Both the position numbers and the translations under genes were made by a program. Under the pieces are notes generated by a model, which was given only the letters and a program-made list of their open reading frames with translations, was not told where the DNA came from and searched no databases. A stretch of 24,000 nt of DNA from Prosthecomicrobium pneumaticum (lineage in GTDB: Bacteria > Pseudomonadota > Alphaproteobacteria > Rhizobiales > Kaistiaceae), in contig NZ_JACHOO010000004.1 of NCBI RefSeq assembly GCF_014199915.1, positions 18,024 through 42,023 of the forward strand, read 5' to 3'. Numbering within the stretch: the first letter of the stretch is position 1; every line of letters begins with the position of its first letter. Of this stretch, positions 1-7,832 are shown one piece after another.

Positions 1-1
1 T

Positions 2-505
2 GCGCTCCTCTATGTCGACGCCATCCGCGACGCCTTCGTGCAATACGACCCCGCCAACGCGGCCACCTATGAGGCGAACGCCGCCGCCTACAAGGCGGAG
101 ATCGAAGCGGCCGTCGCGCCGATCCGCGCGGCGCTCGAGCGCATCCCGCCCGACAAGCGCTGGCTCGTCACGAGCGAGGGGGCCTTCTCCTATCTGGCGC
201 GCGATTTCGGGCTGAAGGAGCTCTTTCTCTGGCCGATCAACGCCGACCAGCAAGGGACGCCGCAGCAGGTCCGCAGGGTGATCGACGCCGTTACGGCGAA
301 CGGGATTCCGACCGTCTTCAGCGAGAGCACGGTGTCGGACAAGCCGGCTCGGCAGGTGGCGCGCGAGACCGGGGCGCTCTATGGCGGCGTGCTCTATGTC
401 GATTCGCTGAGCGAGCCGGACGGCCCGGTGCCGAGCTATCTCGCTCTCCTCAGTGTCACCGCCGCGACGATCGCCGACGGTCTCGCGAAAGGGCTCGCCC
501 GATGA
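2..505 (+). CDS. sitA: Metal (Mn/Fe) ABC transporter substrate-binding protein, TroA/SitA/MntC family; 5' end truncated by the window edge
   Basis: The frame is open to position 2 (the track ORF 38..505 is its tail). The translation ...[44 protein letters not shown]...[23 protein letters not shown]...YVDSLS is the typical C-terminal lobe of cluster A-I metal-binding proteins. Its stop overlaps the next start (ATGA at 502-505). Confidence 0.85.
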   Translation, partial: ALLYVDAIRDAFVQYDPANAATYEANAAAYKAEIEAAVAPIRAALERIPPDKRWLVTSEGAFSYLARDFGLKELFLWPINADQQGTPQQVRRVIDAVTANGIPTVFSESTVSDKPARQVARETGALYGGVLYVDSLSEPDGPVPSYLALLSVTAATIADGLAKGLAR

Positions 506-1413
506 GGCCGGGACCCGCCGGTGCCGCCTCGGCGGCAGGGTCGGAAGCGGCCGGCGCCGGACTTTTCGTCGAGGGGGCGACGGTCACCTACCGCAACGGC
601 CACACGGCGCTGCGCGATGCGACCTTCGCGATCCCGCGCGGCACGATCACCGCGCTCGTCGGCGTCAACGGCTCGGGCAAGTCGACGCTCTTCAAGGCCA
701 TCATGGGCTTCGTCCGGCTCGCCCGCGGTTCGATCAGGGTGCTCGGCATGCCGGTCGAGGAGGCGCTCCGCCGCAGCCTCGTCGCCTATGTGCCGCAGGC
801 GGAGGAGGTCGACTGGAACTTTCCCGTTCTCGTCGAGGACGTCGTGATGATGGGGCGCTACGGCCATATGGGGCCGCTGCGCATCCCGAAGGCGGCCGAC
901 CGCGCGGCGGTCGCCGACGCGCTCGCCCGCGTCGGCATGACCGAATACCGCAAGCGCCAGATCGGCGAATTGTCGGGCGGGCAGAAGAAGCGGGTCTTCC
1001 TCGCCCGCGCCCTCGCGCAGGACGGCCGCGTCATCCTGCTCGACGAGCCCTTCACCGGCGTCGACGTCACCACCGAGGAGCAGATCGTCGCCCTCCTCGA
1101 GGCGCTGCGCGAGGAGGGGCGGGTGATGCTCGTCTCGACCCACAATCTCGGCTCGGTGCCGGAATTCTGCGACCGTGTCGTGCTTCTGCGGAACACCGTG
1201 CTCGCCCATGGGCCGACGGCGGAGACCTTCACCCCGGCCAATCTCGAGAGGACGTTCGGCGGCGCGCTGCGCCATTTCGTGTTCGGCGGCGCCGGTCTCC
1301 ACGCCGACGACGACAGGCGGCGGGTCGCCGTCGTCACCGACGACGAGCGGCCGCTCGTCTTCTACGGCGAAGAAGGCGCGATGACGCCGCAGGCGCGGGA
1401 GCCGGATCGATGA
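502..1413 (+). CDS. sitB: Mn/Fe ABC transporter ATP-binding protein
   Basis: 303-aa ORF with Walker [13 protein letters not shown] signature LSGGQKKR and Walker [12 protein letters not shown]. It has a C-terminal TDDERP-containing tail as in SitB/MntB-type ATPases. ATGA overlaps occur at both ends. Confidence 0.92.
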   Translation: MRPGPAGAASAAGSEAAGAGLFVEGATVTYRNGHTALRDATFAIPRGTITALVGVNGSGKSTLFKAIMGFVRLARGSIRVLGMPVEEALRRSLVAYVPQAEEVDWNFPVLVEDVVMMGRYGHMGPLRIPKAADRAAVADALARVGMTEYRKRQIGELSGGQKKRVFLARALAQDGRVILLDEPFTGVDVTTEEQIVALLEALREEGRVMLVSTHNLGSVPEFCDRVVLLRNTVLAHGPTAETFTPANLERTFGGALRHFVFGGAGLHADDDRRRVAVVTDDERPLVFYGEEGAMTPQAREPDR

Positions 1414-2267
1414 GCCTGCTCGCCGAGCCGTTCGGCTATGACTACATGGTGAACGCGATGTGGGTCTCGGCGCTCGTCGGGGCCGTCTGCGCCTTCCTCT
1501 CCTGCTATCTGATGCTGAAGGGCTGGTCGCTGATCGGCGACGCGCTCTCGCACGCGATCGTGCCCGGCGTCGCCGGCGCCTACATGCTCGGCCTGCCCTT
1601 CGCGCTCGGCGCCTTCTTCTCGGGCGGTCTCGCGGCCGCGGCGATGCTCTTCCTCAACCAGCGGACCCGGCTGCGCGAGGATGCGATCATCGGCCTGATC
1701 TTCTCGTCCTTTTTCGGGCTCGGCCTCTTCATGGCGTCGCTGTCGCCGATGGCGGTCGACATCCGCACCATCGTGCTCGGCAACATCCTCGCGATCACGC
1801 CCGAGGACACGCTGCAGCTCGCCCTCATCGGCTTCGTCTCGCTCGCGGTGCTGCTCGCCAAGTGGAAGGACCTGATGGTGGTGTTCTTCGACGAGAACCA
1901 TGCGCGCTCGATCGGGCTCCGCCCCGGCCTGCTGCGGGTGGTCTTCTTCACCCTCCTCTCCGCCTCGACGGTGGCGGCGCTGCAGACGGTCGGCGCTTTC
2001 CTCGTCATCTGCCTCGTCGTCACGCCGGGGGCGACCGCCTATCTCCTCACCGACCGCTTCCCGCGCCTCCTCGCCATCGCGGTGGCGATCGGCGCCGGGA
2101 CGAGCTTCGTCGGGGCCTATGCGAGCTATTTCCTCGACGGCGCCACCGGCGGCGTCATCGTCGTGCTGCAGACGGCGCTCTTCCTCGCCGCCTTCCTGCT
2201 GGCGCCCAAGCACGGCCTCGTCGCGGCCCGGCGGCGGGCCGCCCGGGCGCTCGAGGCCGCGCGATGA
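1410..2267 (+). CDS. sitC: Mn/Fe ABC transporter permease (ABC-3/TroC family)
   Basis: Start taken at ATG 1410 (ATGA overlap with the sitB stop), inside the artefactually long ORF 453..2267. The translation [18 protein letters not shown]...[23 protein letters not shown]... is a multi-TM ABC-3 permease. Confidence 0.9.
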   Translation: MSLLAEPFGYDYMVNAMWVSALVGAVCAFLSCYLMLKGWSLIGDALSHAIVPGVAGAYMLGLPFALGAFFSGGLAAAAMLFLNQRTRLREDAIIGLIFSSFFGLGLFMASLSPMAVDIRTIVLGNILAITPEDTLQLALIGFVSLAVLLAKWKDLMVVFFDENHARSIGLRPGLLRVVFFTLLSASTVAALQTVGAFLVICLVVTPGATAYLLTDRFPRLLAIAVAIGAGTSFVGAYASYFLDGATGGVIVVLQTALFLAAFLLAPKHGLVAARRRAARALEAAR

Positions 2268-3103
2268 TCGAGACCCTCCTCGCGCCGTTCCAGTTCGATT
2301 TCATGGTCCGGGCGCTGATCGTCGCGGTGCTCGTCGCGGTGCCGATGGCGCTCCTCTCCTGCTTCGTCGTCCTCAAGGGCTGGTCGCTGATGGGCGACGC
2401 GATCAGCCACGCCGTCTTCCCCGGCGTGATCCTCGCCTACATGATCGGCCTGCCCTATGCGCTCGGCGCCTTCGTCGCCGGCATGGCCTGCGCGGTCGCC
2501 ACCGGCTTTCTCGGCGACAACAGCCGGATCAAGCGCGACACCGCGATGGGTGTCGTCTTCTCCGGCATGTTCGGCCTCGGCCTCGTCCTCTATGTGAAGA
2601 TCGAATCGACCGTCCATCTCGACCACATCCTGTTCGGCGACATGCTCGGCATTTCCTGGCGTGCCGTCGGCGAGGCGGCGGCGGTCGCGCTTCTCGTCGC
2701 CGCGGTCATCGGCCTCAAATGGCGGGACTTCCTGCTGCACGCCTTCGACCCGGCGCAGGCCCGTGCCGTCGGGCTGCGGGTCGGCCTGCTCCACTACGGC
2801 CTGCTCGGCCTGATCTCGCTCACGATCGTCGGCGCGCTGCAGGCGGTCGGCCTGATCCTCTCGGTGGCGCTCCTGATCGCGCCGGGGGCGATCGCCTTCC
2901 TGCTCACCCGGACCTTCGCGGCGATGCTCGTCGCGGCGGTGGCGATCGCCGTTCTGGGCGCCTTCACCGGCGTCTACGCGGCCTTCTTCATCGACAGCGC
3001 GCCGGCGCCGACCATCGTGCTCGTCTACGCCGCCTTCTTTCTCCTCGCCTTTCTGCGCACCATCCGCCGCACCGCGCGGGCGCAGGCCGCTCCGGACGCT
3101 TAA
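2264..3103 (+). CDS. sitD: Mn/Fe ABC transporter permease (ABC-3/TroD family), paralogue of the preceding gene
   Basis: Start at ATG 2264 (ATGA overlap with the sitC stop), inside long ORF 1460..3103. [18 protein letters not shown]...LKGWSLMGDAISHAVFPGVILAY... parallels SitC. Confidence 0.9.
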   Translation: MIETLLAPFQFDFMVRALIVAVLVAVPMALLSCFVVLKGWSLMGDAISHAVFPGVILAYMIGLPYALGAFVAGMACAVATGFLGDNSRIKRDTAMGVVFSGMFGLGLVLYVKIESTVHLDHILFGDMLGISWRAVGEAAAVALLVAAVIGLKWRDFLLHAFDPAQARAVGLRVGLLHYGLLGLISLTIVGALQAVGLILSVALLIAPGAIAFLLTRTFAAMLVAAVAIAVLGAFTGVYAAFFIDSAPAPTIVLVYAAFFLLAFLRTIRRTARAQAAPDA

Positions 3104-3624
3104 GCGAGGCGGCGCTGCATGAAGACGAGGTCGAGGAAGCGGCCGAACTTGTAGCCGAGCTCGGGCATGCGCGCCGTCTCGACGAAGCCGTGCCGCGCGT
3201 GCAGGCGCAGCGACACCGCGTTCGAGGCGTCGATGCCGGCGACCATCACGTGCTTGCCGGCGGCGATGCCGGCCTCGACGAGCGCGCCGAGGAGCAGCGA
3301 GCCGGCACCCTTGCCGCGGGCGTCGGCCGCGACATAGACGGAGTTCTCGACCGTGAAGCGATAGCCCTGGAAGGGCCGGTAATCGCCGAAGCTCGCATAG
3401 CCGATCACCCGGCCTTCATCCTCGGCGACGAGCACCGGATAGCCGAGCGCCCGGCGCTGCTCGTACCAGGCGCGGCGGTTGTCGAGATCGGCCGGATCGT
3501 CGTTCCAGATCGCCGTCGTGTTCAAGACCGCGTCGTTGTAGATGGCCAGGATGGCGGGAAGGTCCGCCTCGGTCGCGTCCCGGATCGTCGTTCCGGGCAT
3601 CGTCGTGCCGGGTCTCGTGGTCAT
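3100..3624 (-). CDS. GNAT N-acetyltransferase, phosphinothricin / methionine-sulfoximine acetyltransferase (PAT/YncA-MnaT)-like
   Basis: This is the C-terminal 174 codons of track ORF 3100..4209. Start ATG at 3624 (alternative ATG at 3600). IRDATEADLPAILAIYNDAVLNTTAIWNDDP...RRALGYPVLVAE...RGKGAGSLLLGALV is the characteristic PAT-family layout with the acetyl-CoA motif R/QxxGxG/A. The ATGA overlap at 3621-3624 couples it to the upstream GNAT. Confidence 0.85.
   Translation of the reverse strand: MTTRPGTTMPGTTIRDATEADLPAILAIYNDAVLNTTAIWNDDPADLDNRRAWYEQRRALGYPVLVAEDEGRVIGYASFGDYRPFQGYRFTVENSVYVAADARGKGAGSLLLGALVEAGIAAGKHVMVAGIDASNAVSLRLHARHGFVETARMPELGYKFGRFLDLVFMQRRLA
3584..3613 (-). repeat. 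Two tandem 15-bp units (13/15 identical) at the 5' end of the PAT-like gene, plus a degenerate third unit up to 3624
   Basis: On the plus strand, atcgtcgttccgggc (3584-3598) is followed by atcgtcgtgccgggt (3599-3613). These encode the reiterated peptide TTRPG-TTMPG-TTIRD and create two in-frame ATGs, at 3624 and 3600. Confidence 0.6.
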
Positions 3625-4175
3625 GGGGCGATCCGCTTGTAGAAGAAGGTGGCGGCCGAGAGCACGCCATCGGTCGACAGCGAATGGTCCGGCATGGTGC
3701 CGAGCTCGATCCAGCCGCAACCGCGATAGAGCGCCTCGCCGGCGCTGCCGGTCGCGGTGTCGAGCATCAGCATGGTGCGGCCGGCGGCGCGCGCCGCCGC
3801 CTCGGCGGTGTCGAGCAGCGCCCGGCCGAGGCCGCGCCGGCGCAGCCGCGAATGGACGAGCATCTTGCCGATCTCCGCCCTGTGCGGTCCGTTCGGCTGC
3901 GGCGCGAAGGTGAGCACCACCGAGCCGACGATCGCCCCGGCCTCGTCGCGGGCGACGAAGATCTGCCGCATGCCGTCGGCGACCGCCGGAATCTGCCCGG
4001 CCCAGAAGGCCGCCGCCTCCGCCATGGTGAGGCCGGCGAGGAAATTGACCGAGGCGCCATGGTCGACCGCATCGGCGAGCAGCGCGGCGAGCCCGCCGAG
4101 CGCGGCCTGCGCGCCCACCTCGTCGAGCCGTTCGATCGTCACCGCGCCCGCGCTTCGTTCCGCCGCCGCGCCCAT
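3621..4175 (-). CDS. GNAT family N-acetyltransferase (substrate unknown)
   Basis: 184-aa ORF. ...IFVARDEAGAIVGSVVLTF...AEIGKMLVHSRLRRRGLGRALLDTAEAAARAAGRTMLMLDT...GEALYRGCGWIELG is a GNAT fold with the RRRGLG CoA-binding motif. Its stop overlaps the start of the next GNAT. Confidence 0.85.
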   Translation of the reverse strand: MGAAAERSAGAVTIERLDEVGAQAALGGLAALLADAVDHGASVNFLAGLTMAEAAAFWAGQIPAVADGMRQIFVARDEAGAIVGSVVLTFAPQPNGPHRAEIGKMLVHSRLRRRGLGRALLDTAEAAARAAGRTMLMLDTATGSAGEALYRGCGWIELGTMPDHSLSTDGVLSAATFFYKRIAP

Positions 4176-4215
4176 GCCTCACCTCGCCCCTTGCGACACG
4201 GCGGAGCATCGCCTC

Positions 4216-4227
4216 ATCCGATCGGAT
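4216..4227. promoter_or_regulatory. Perfect 12-bp palindrome ATCCGATCGGAT in the divergent GNAT / LysR intergenic region; candidate LysR-type operator
   Basis: Read directly: ATC-N6-GAT dyad, 41 bp upstream of the GNAT start (4175) and 59 bp upstream of the lysR-type start (4286). LTTRs typically bind ATC/GAT-type dyads in their own divergent promoters, but canonical spacing is T-N11-A, which this is not. Confidence 0.3.
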
Positions 4228-4285
4228 CTGTCAATCTGGAGTGGGGGCCGATAAGGCTTTGCGAAGAATGACATAAAGAAAAGCG

Positions 4286-5212
4286 ATGGATATCGAACAA
4301 CTGCGCACCTTCGACCGGATCGTCCGCGACGGCAGCTTCACCAAGGCGGCGGCGCGGCTTTCGGTCACCCAGGCGACCGTCTCGATGCGGGTGCGGGCGC
4401 TCGAGGCGGCGCTCGGCGGCACGCTCTTCGAGCGCGGCCGGACGGTGCGGCTGACCGAGCGCGGCGCGACCTTCCTGCCCTATGCGCGGCGCGTGCTCGC
4501 CACCGTGATCGAGGGCGAGGATGCGCTGCGCGCCGTCGATCGCGGCCGGATCGCCTTCGCGACGCTCAGAAGCGTCGTCGCCACGCTCGCCGCCGCGCCG
4601 GTCGCCGAACTCGCCCGCGCGCATCCGCTCGTCGAACTGACCGTCGAGGAGGGGCGCCACCGCGACATCGCCGAATGGCTGCACGACCGCCGGCTCGATC
4701 TCGCGGTGATGGGCTGGCCCAATCTCGACCCGCTGCTCGATTTCCTCGAGCCGCTCGCCATCTTCCGCGAGCGGGTGGTGCTCGCCGCGGCGCCTGCCGT
4801 CGCCGCGGCGATCGGGCCGCAGCCGACGCTCGACCGGATCTTCGGCATCGTGCCGCATTTCCTCACCTTCTTCTGGTGGCAGGTGACGCCCGAGCCGATC
4901 CTCGCGCTGCGGCGCCGCGCCCGCGCCTCGAGCCGGATGCTGTTCGAGCCGGGCCTCGCGCTGATCGAGGCCGGCCTCGCCGTCGGCCACCTGCTCGAGC
5001 CGCAGGCGCGCGCCGCGATCGAGGCGGGGCGGCTCGTCGATCTCGCCCCGGTCGACATGCCGCCCGTGCACCGCGATTCGGCGCTCGTCGCCGGCATGCC
5101 CGGCGCGCTCGAGCGGCCGCTCGTCGCCGAACTCGCCGGCCTCGTCGTCGCGCGCGCCCGCGCGCTCGGCACGCTCGCCGCCGAGCCGCGAAAACCCGCC
5201 GCGGCGGCCTGA
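4286..5212 (+). CDS. LysR family transcriptional regulator
   Basis: 308-aa ORF. The N-terminal wHTH is MDIEQLRTFDRIVRDGSFTKAAARLSVTQATVSMRVRALEAALGGTLFER, followed by a LysR substrate-binding-like C-terminal domain. It is divergent from the GNAT pair. Confidence 0.9.
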   Translation: MDIEQLRTFDRIVRDGSFTKAAARLSVTQATVSMRVRALEAALGGTLFERGRTVRLTERGATFLPYARRVLATVIEGEDALRAVDRGRIAFATLRSVVATLAAAPVAELARAHPLVELTVEEGRHRDIAEWLHDRRLDLAVMGWPNLDPLLDFLEPLAIFRERVVLAAAPAVAAAIGPQPTLDRIFGIVPHFLTFFWWQVTPEPILALRRRARASSRMLFEPGLALIEAGLAVGHLLEPQARAAIEAGRLVDLAPVDMPPVHRDSALVAGMPGALERPLVAELAGLVVARARALGTLAAEPRKPAAAA

Positions 5213-5266
5213 TTCCGGCCCCTCCCGCCCTTCCGCCGGGAAAACCGGAATGCTAGAGAGCGCGCC

Positions 5267-7072
5267 ATGACCACCGCGCCGCAAAAAAACATCCGCAACT
5301 TCTCGATCGTCGCCCATATCGATCATGGCAAGTCGACGCTCGCCGACCGCCTGATCCAGGCGACGGGCGGCCTTTCCGACCGCGAGATGAAGGATCAGGT
5401 GCTCGATTCGATGGACATCGAGCGCGAGCGCGGCATCACCATCAAGGCGCAGACGGTCCGCCTCGCCTATACGGCGAAGGACGGCGAGACCTATACGCTC
5501 AACCTGATGGACACGCCGGGCCATGTCGACTTCGCCTACGAGGTCTCCCGGTCGCTCGCCGCCTGCGAGGGCTCGCTCCTCGTCGTCGATGCGAGCCAGG
5601 GCGTCGAGGCGCAGACGCTCGCCAATGTCTATCAGGCGATCGACAACAATCACGAGATCGTGCCGATCCTCAACAAGATCGATCTGCCGGCGGCCGAGCC
5701 CGACCGCATCAAGCAGCAGATCGAGGAGGTGATCGGCATCGACGCCTCGAACGCCGTGCCGATCTCGGCGAAGACCGGGCTCAACATCGACCTCGTGCTG
5801 GAGGCGATCGTCGAGCGGCTGCCGCCGCCCAACGGCGATCCGGACGCGCCCCTCAAGGCGATGCTGGTCGACAGCTGGTACGACACCTATCTCGGCGTCG
5901 TCGTGCTGGTGCGCATCATCGACGGCCATCTGAGGAAGGGCGACCGTATCCGCATGATGGGCTCGGGCGCCGCCTATGACGTCGAGCGGGTCGGCTGGTT
6001 CACCCCGAAGATGGTGTCGTCGGAGGCGCTCGGCCCCGGCGAGATCGGCTTCTTCACCGGCTCGATCAAGGAGGTCGCCGATACAAGGGTCGGCGACACG
6101 ATCACCGACGACCGCCGCCCGACCGATGCCGCGCTGCCGGGCTTCCGGCCGGCGCAGCCGGTGGTGTTCTGCGGCCTGTTCCCCGTCGACGCGGCGGAGT
6201 TCGAGGATCTGCGCGCCGCGATGGGCAAGCTCCGGCTCAACGACGCCTCGTTCTCCTTCGAGATGGAGACCTCTGCGGCGCTCGGCTTCGGCTTCCGCTG
6301 CGGCTTCCTCGGCCTCCTCCATCTGGAGATCATCCAGGAGCGGCTGGAGCGCGAGTTCAATCTCGACCTGATCGCCACCGCGCCCTCGGTCGTCTACCGC
6401 ATCCGGCTGACGAGCGGCGACGAGATCGAGCTGCACAATCCGGCCGACATGCCGGACGTCGTCAAGATCGACACCATCTCCGAGCCGTGGATCCGCGCCA
6501 CCATCCTGACGCCGGACGAATATCTCGGCGCCATCCTCAAGCTCTGCCAGGACCGCCGCGGCATCCAGGCCGATCTCTCCTATGTCGGCAACCGGGCGAT
6601 GGTGATCTATGACCTGCCGCTCAACGAGGTGGTGTTCGACTTCTACGACCGGCTGAAGTCGGTGTCGAAGGGCTACGCCTCCTTCGACTACCAGCTGACG
6701 GACTATCGCGAGGGCGACCTCGTCAAGATGCAGATCCTCGTCAACGCCGAGCCGGTCGACGCGCTCTCGATGCTCGTCCACAAGACGCAGGCGGAGCGCC
6801 GCGGCCGGGCAATGTGCGAGAAGCTCAAGGACCTGATCCCGCAGCATCTCTTCGTCATCCCGATCCAGGCGGCGATCGGCGGCAAGATCATCGCCCGCGA
6901 GACGGTGCGGGCGCTCCGGAAGGACGTGACGGCGAAGTGCTATGGCGGCGACGTCACCCGCAAGCGCAAGCTTCTCGAGAAGCAGAAGGAAGGCAAGAAG
7001 CGGATGCGCCAGTTCGGCAAGGTGGAGATTCCGCAGGAAGCCTTCATCGCCGCGCTGAAGATGGACGAGTGA
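5267..7072 (+). CDS. lepA: Translation elongation factor 4 (LepA)
   Basis: 601 aa. [21 protein letters not shown] (G1), DTPGHVDF (G3) and NKIDL (G4). The LepA-specific C-terminal domain is ...[42 protein letters not shown]. Confidence 0.98.
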   Translation: MTTAPQKNIRNFSIVAHIDHGKSTLADRLIQATGGLSDREMKDQVLDSMDIERERGITIKAQTVRLAYTAKDGETYTLNLMDTPGHVDFAYEVSRSLAACEGSLLVVDASQGVEAQTLANVYQAIDNNHEIVPILNKIDLPAAEPDRIKQQIEEVIGIDASNAVPISAKTGLNIDLVLEAIVERLPPPNGDPDAPLKAMLVDSWYDTYLGVVVLVRIIDGHLRKGDRIRMMGSGAAYDVERVGWFTPKMVSSEALGPGEIGFFTGSIKEVADTRVGDTITDDRRPTDAALPGFRPAQPVVFCGLFPVDAAEFEDLRAAMGKLRLNDASFSFEMETSAALGFGFRCGFLGLLHLEIIQERLEREFNLDLIATAPSVVYRIRLTSGDEIELHNPADMPDVVKIDTISEPWIRATILTPDEYLGAILKLCQDRRGIQADLSYVGNRAMVIYDLPLNEVVFDFYDRLKSVSKGYASFDYQLTDYREGDLVKMQILVNAEPVDALSMLVHKTQAERRGRAMCEKLKDLIPQHLFVIPIQAAIGGKIIARETVRALRKDVTAKCYGGDVTRKRKLLEKQKEGKKRMRQFGKVEIPQEAFIAALKMDE

Positions 7073-7229
7073 GCCGGGCCCTCGCGGCCGGTCCGCGGCG
7101 ACGCTGAGGGTCGCCGGGCACCCCCTCCCACGACTACGCCTGGCGCGGCGCCGGCCCACCGGCGTCCCCGGGAACCCTCGCGGAGCCCGCCGGTTCGGCC
7201 GGTGGACGCCTGTCGCGAAGGAGAGAAAC

Positions 7230-7769
7230 GTGGGTCGCTCTTATCCCAATGGCAGCGGGTCGGCTGCCGCCCTGTTCGGCCATCCGCTGCATCCGCTCAT
7301 CGTGCCGATCCCGATCGGGGCCTTCGCGCTCGCCTTCGTCTCCGATCTCTTCGGCATTACGACCGGCGGGCCGCTCTGGGCCGGGATCTCGTTCTTCCTG
7401 CTCGCCGCGGGGCTGATCGGCGGCCTTCTCGCCGCGGTCTTCGGCATCGTCGAGATGATGGGCGTGCGGCGGGCGCGCACCATGGGCATCGGCTGGGCGC
7501 ACGGGGCGGTCAATGTTCTGATGCTCGCCGTCGCGTTCTTCAGCTTGCTGCTGCGGCGCGAGGGTTGGGGCACCGACAATCCGCCCGTCCTGATGCCGCA
7601 TGTGATCAGTTCCGGCGTTGCCTTCCTGCTGCTCCTCGTCGCCGGCTGGCTCGGCGGCGAGCTGAGCTACCGGCACGGCGTCGGCGTGTCCGAGGCGGTC
7701 GGTTCCGATCGCGAGGACGGCGACCTCGAGCTGACCCCCGCCGGCCGGCCGGACATCGGCAAGCGGTAG
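7230..7769 (+). CDS. DUF2231-family integral membrane protein
   Basis: 179-aa ORF with a GTG start preceded by GAAGGAGAGAAAC. N-terminal GHPLHPLIVPIPIGAFALAFVSDLF is the DUF2231 hallmark, and there are about 4 hydrophobic helices. Confidence 0.75.
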   Translation: MGRSYPNGSGSAAALFGHPLHPLIVPIPIGAFALAFVSDLFGITTGGPLWAGISFFLLAAGLIGGLLAAVFGIVEMMGVRRARTMGIGWAHGAVNVLMLAVAFFSLLLRREGWGTDNPPVLMPHVISSGVAFLLLLVAGWLGGELSYRHGVGVSEAVGSDREDGDLELTPAGRPDIGKR

Positions 7770-7832
7770 GGGCATCTCGCCGCCGGGCCGATCTTGCGGG
7801 GCTTGCCTCACCCTCCTTCCCCGGCCTAGGTC

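Noticed and set aside
4214-7159. 981-aa ORF on the minus strand spanning the LysR gene and lepA.
   Set aside because: It is antisense to two genes with unmistakable family motifs. Its translation is low-complexity Arg/Asp/Glu/Gly/Leu-rich with no recognisable domain. Long stop-free antisense frames are expected at this GC content.
7073-7229. GC-rich hairpin candidates downstream of lepA (e.g. GGCGAC-N7-GTCGCC at 7097-7115), considered as a terminator.
   Set aside because: The stem is only 6 bp, no T-tract follows, and such short GC dyads occur by chance throughout DNA of this composition.
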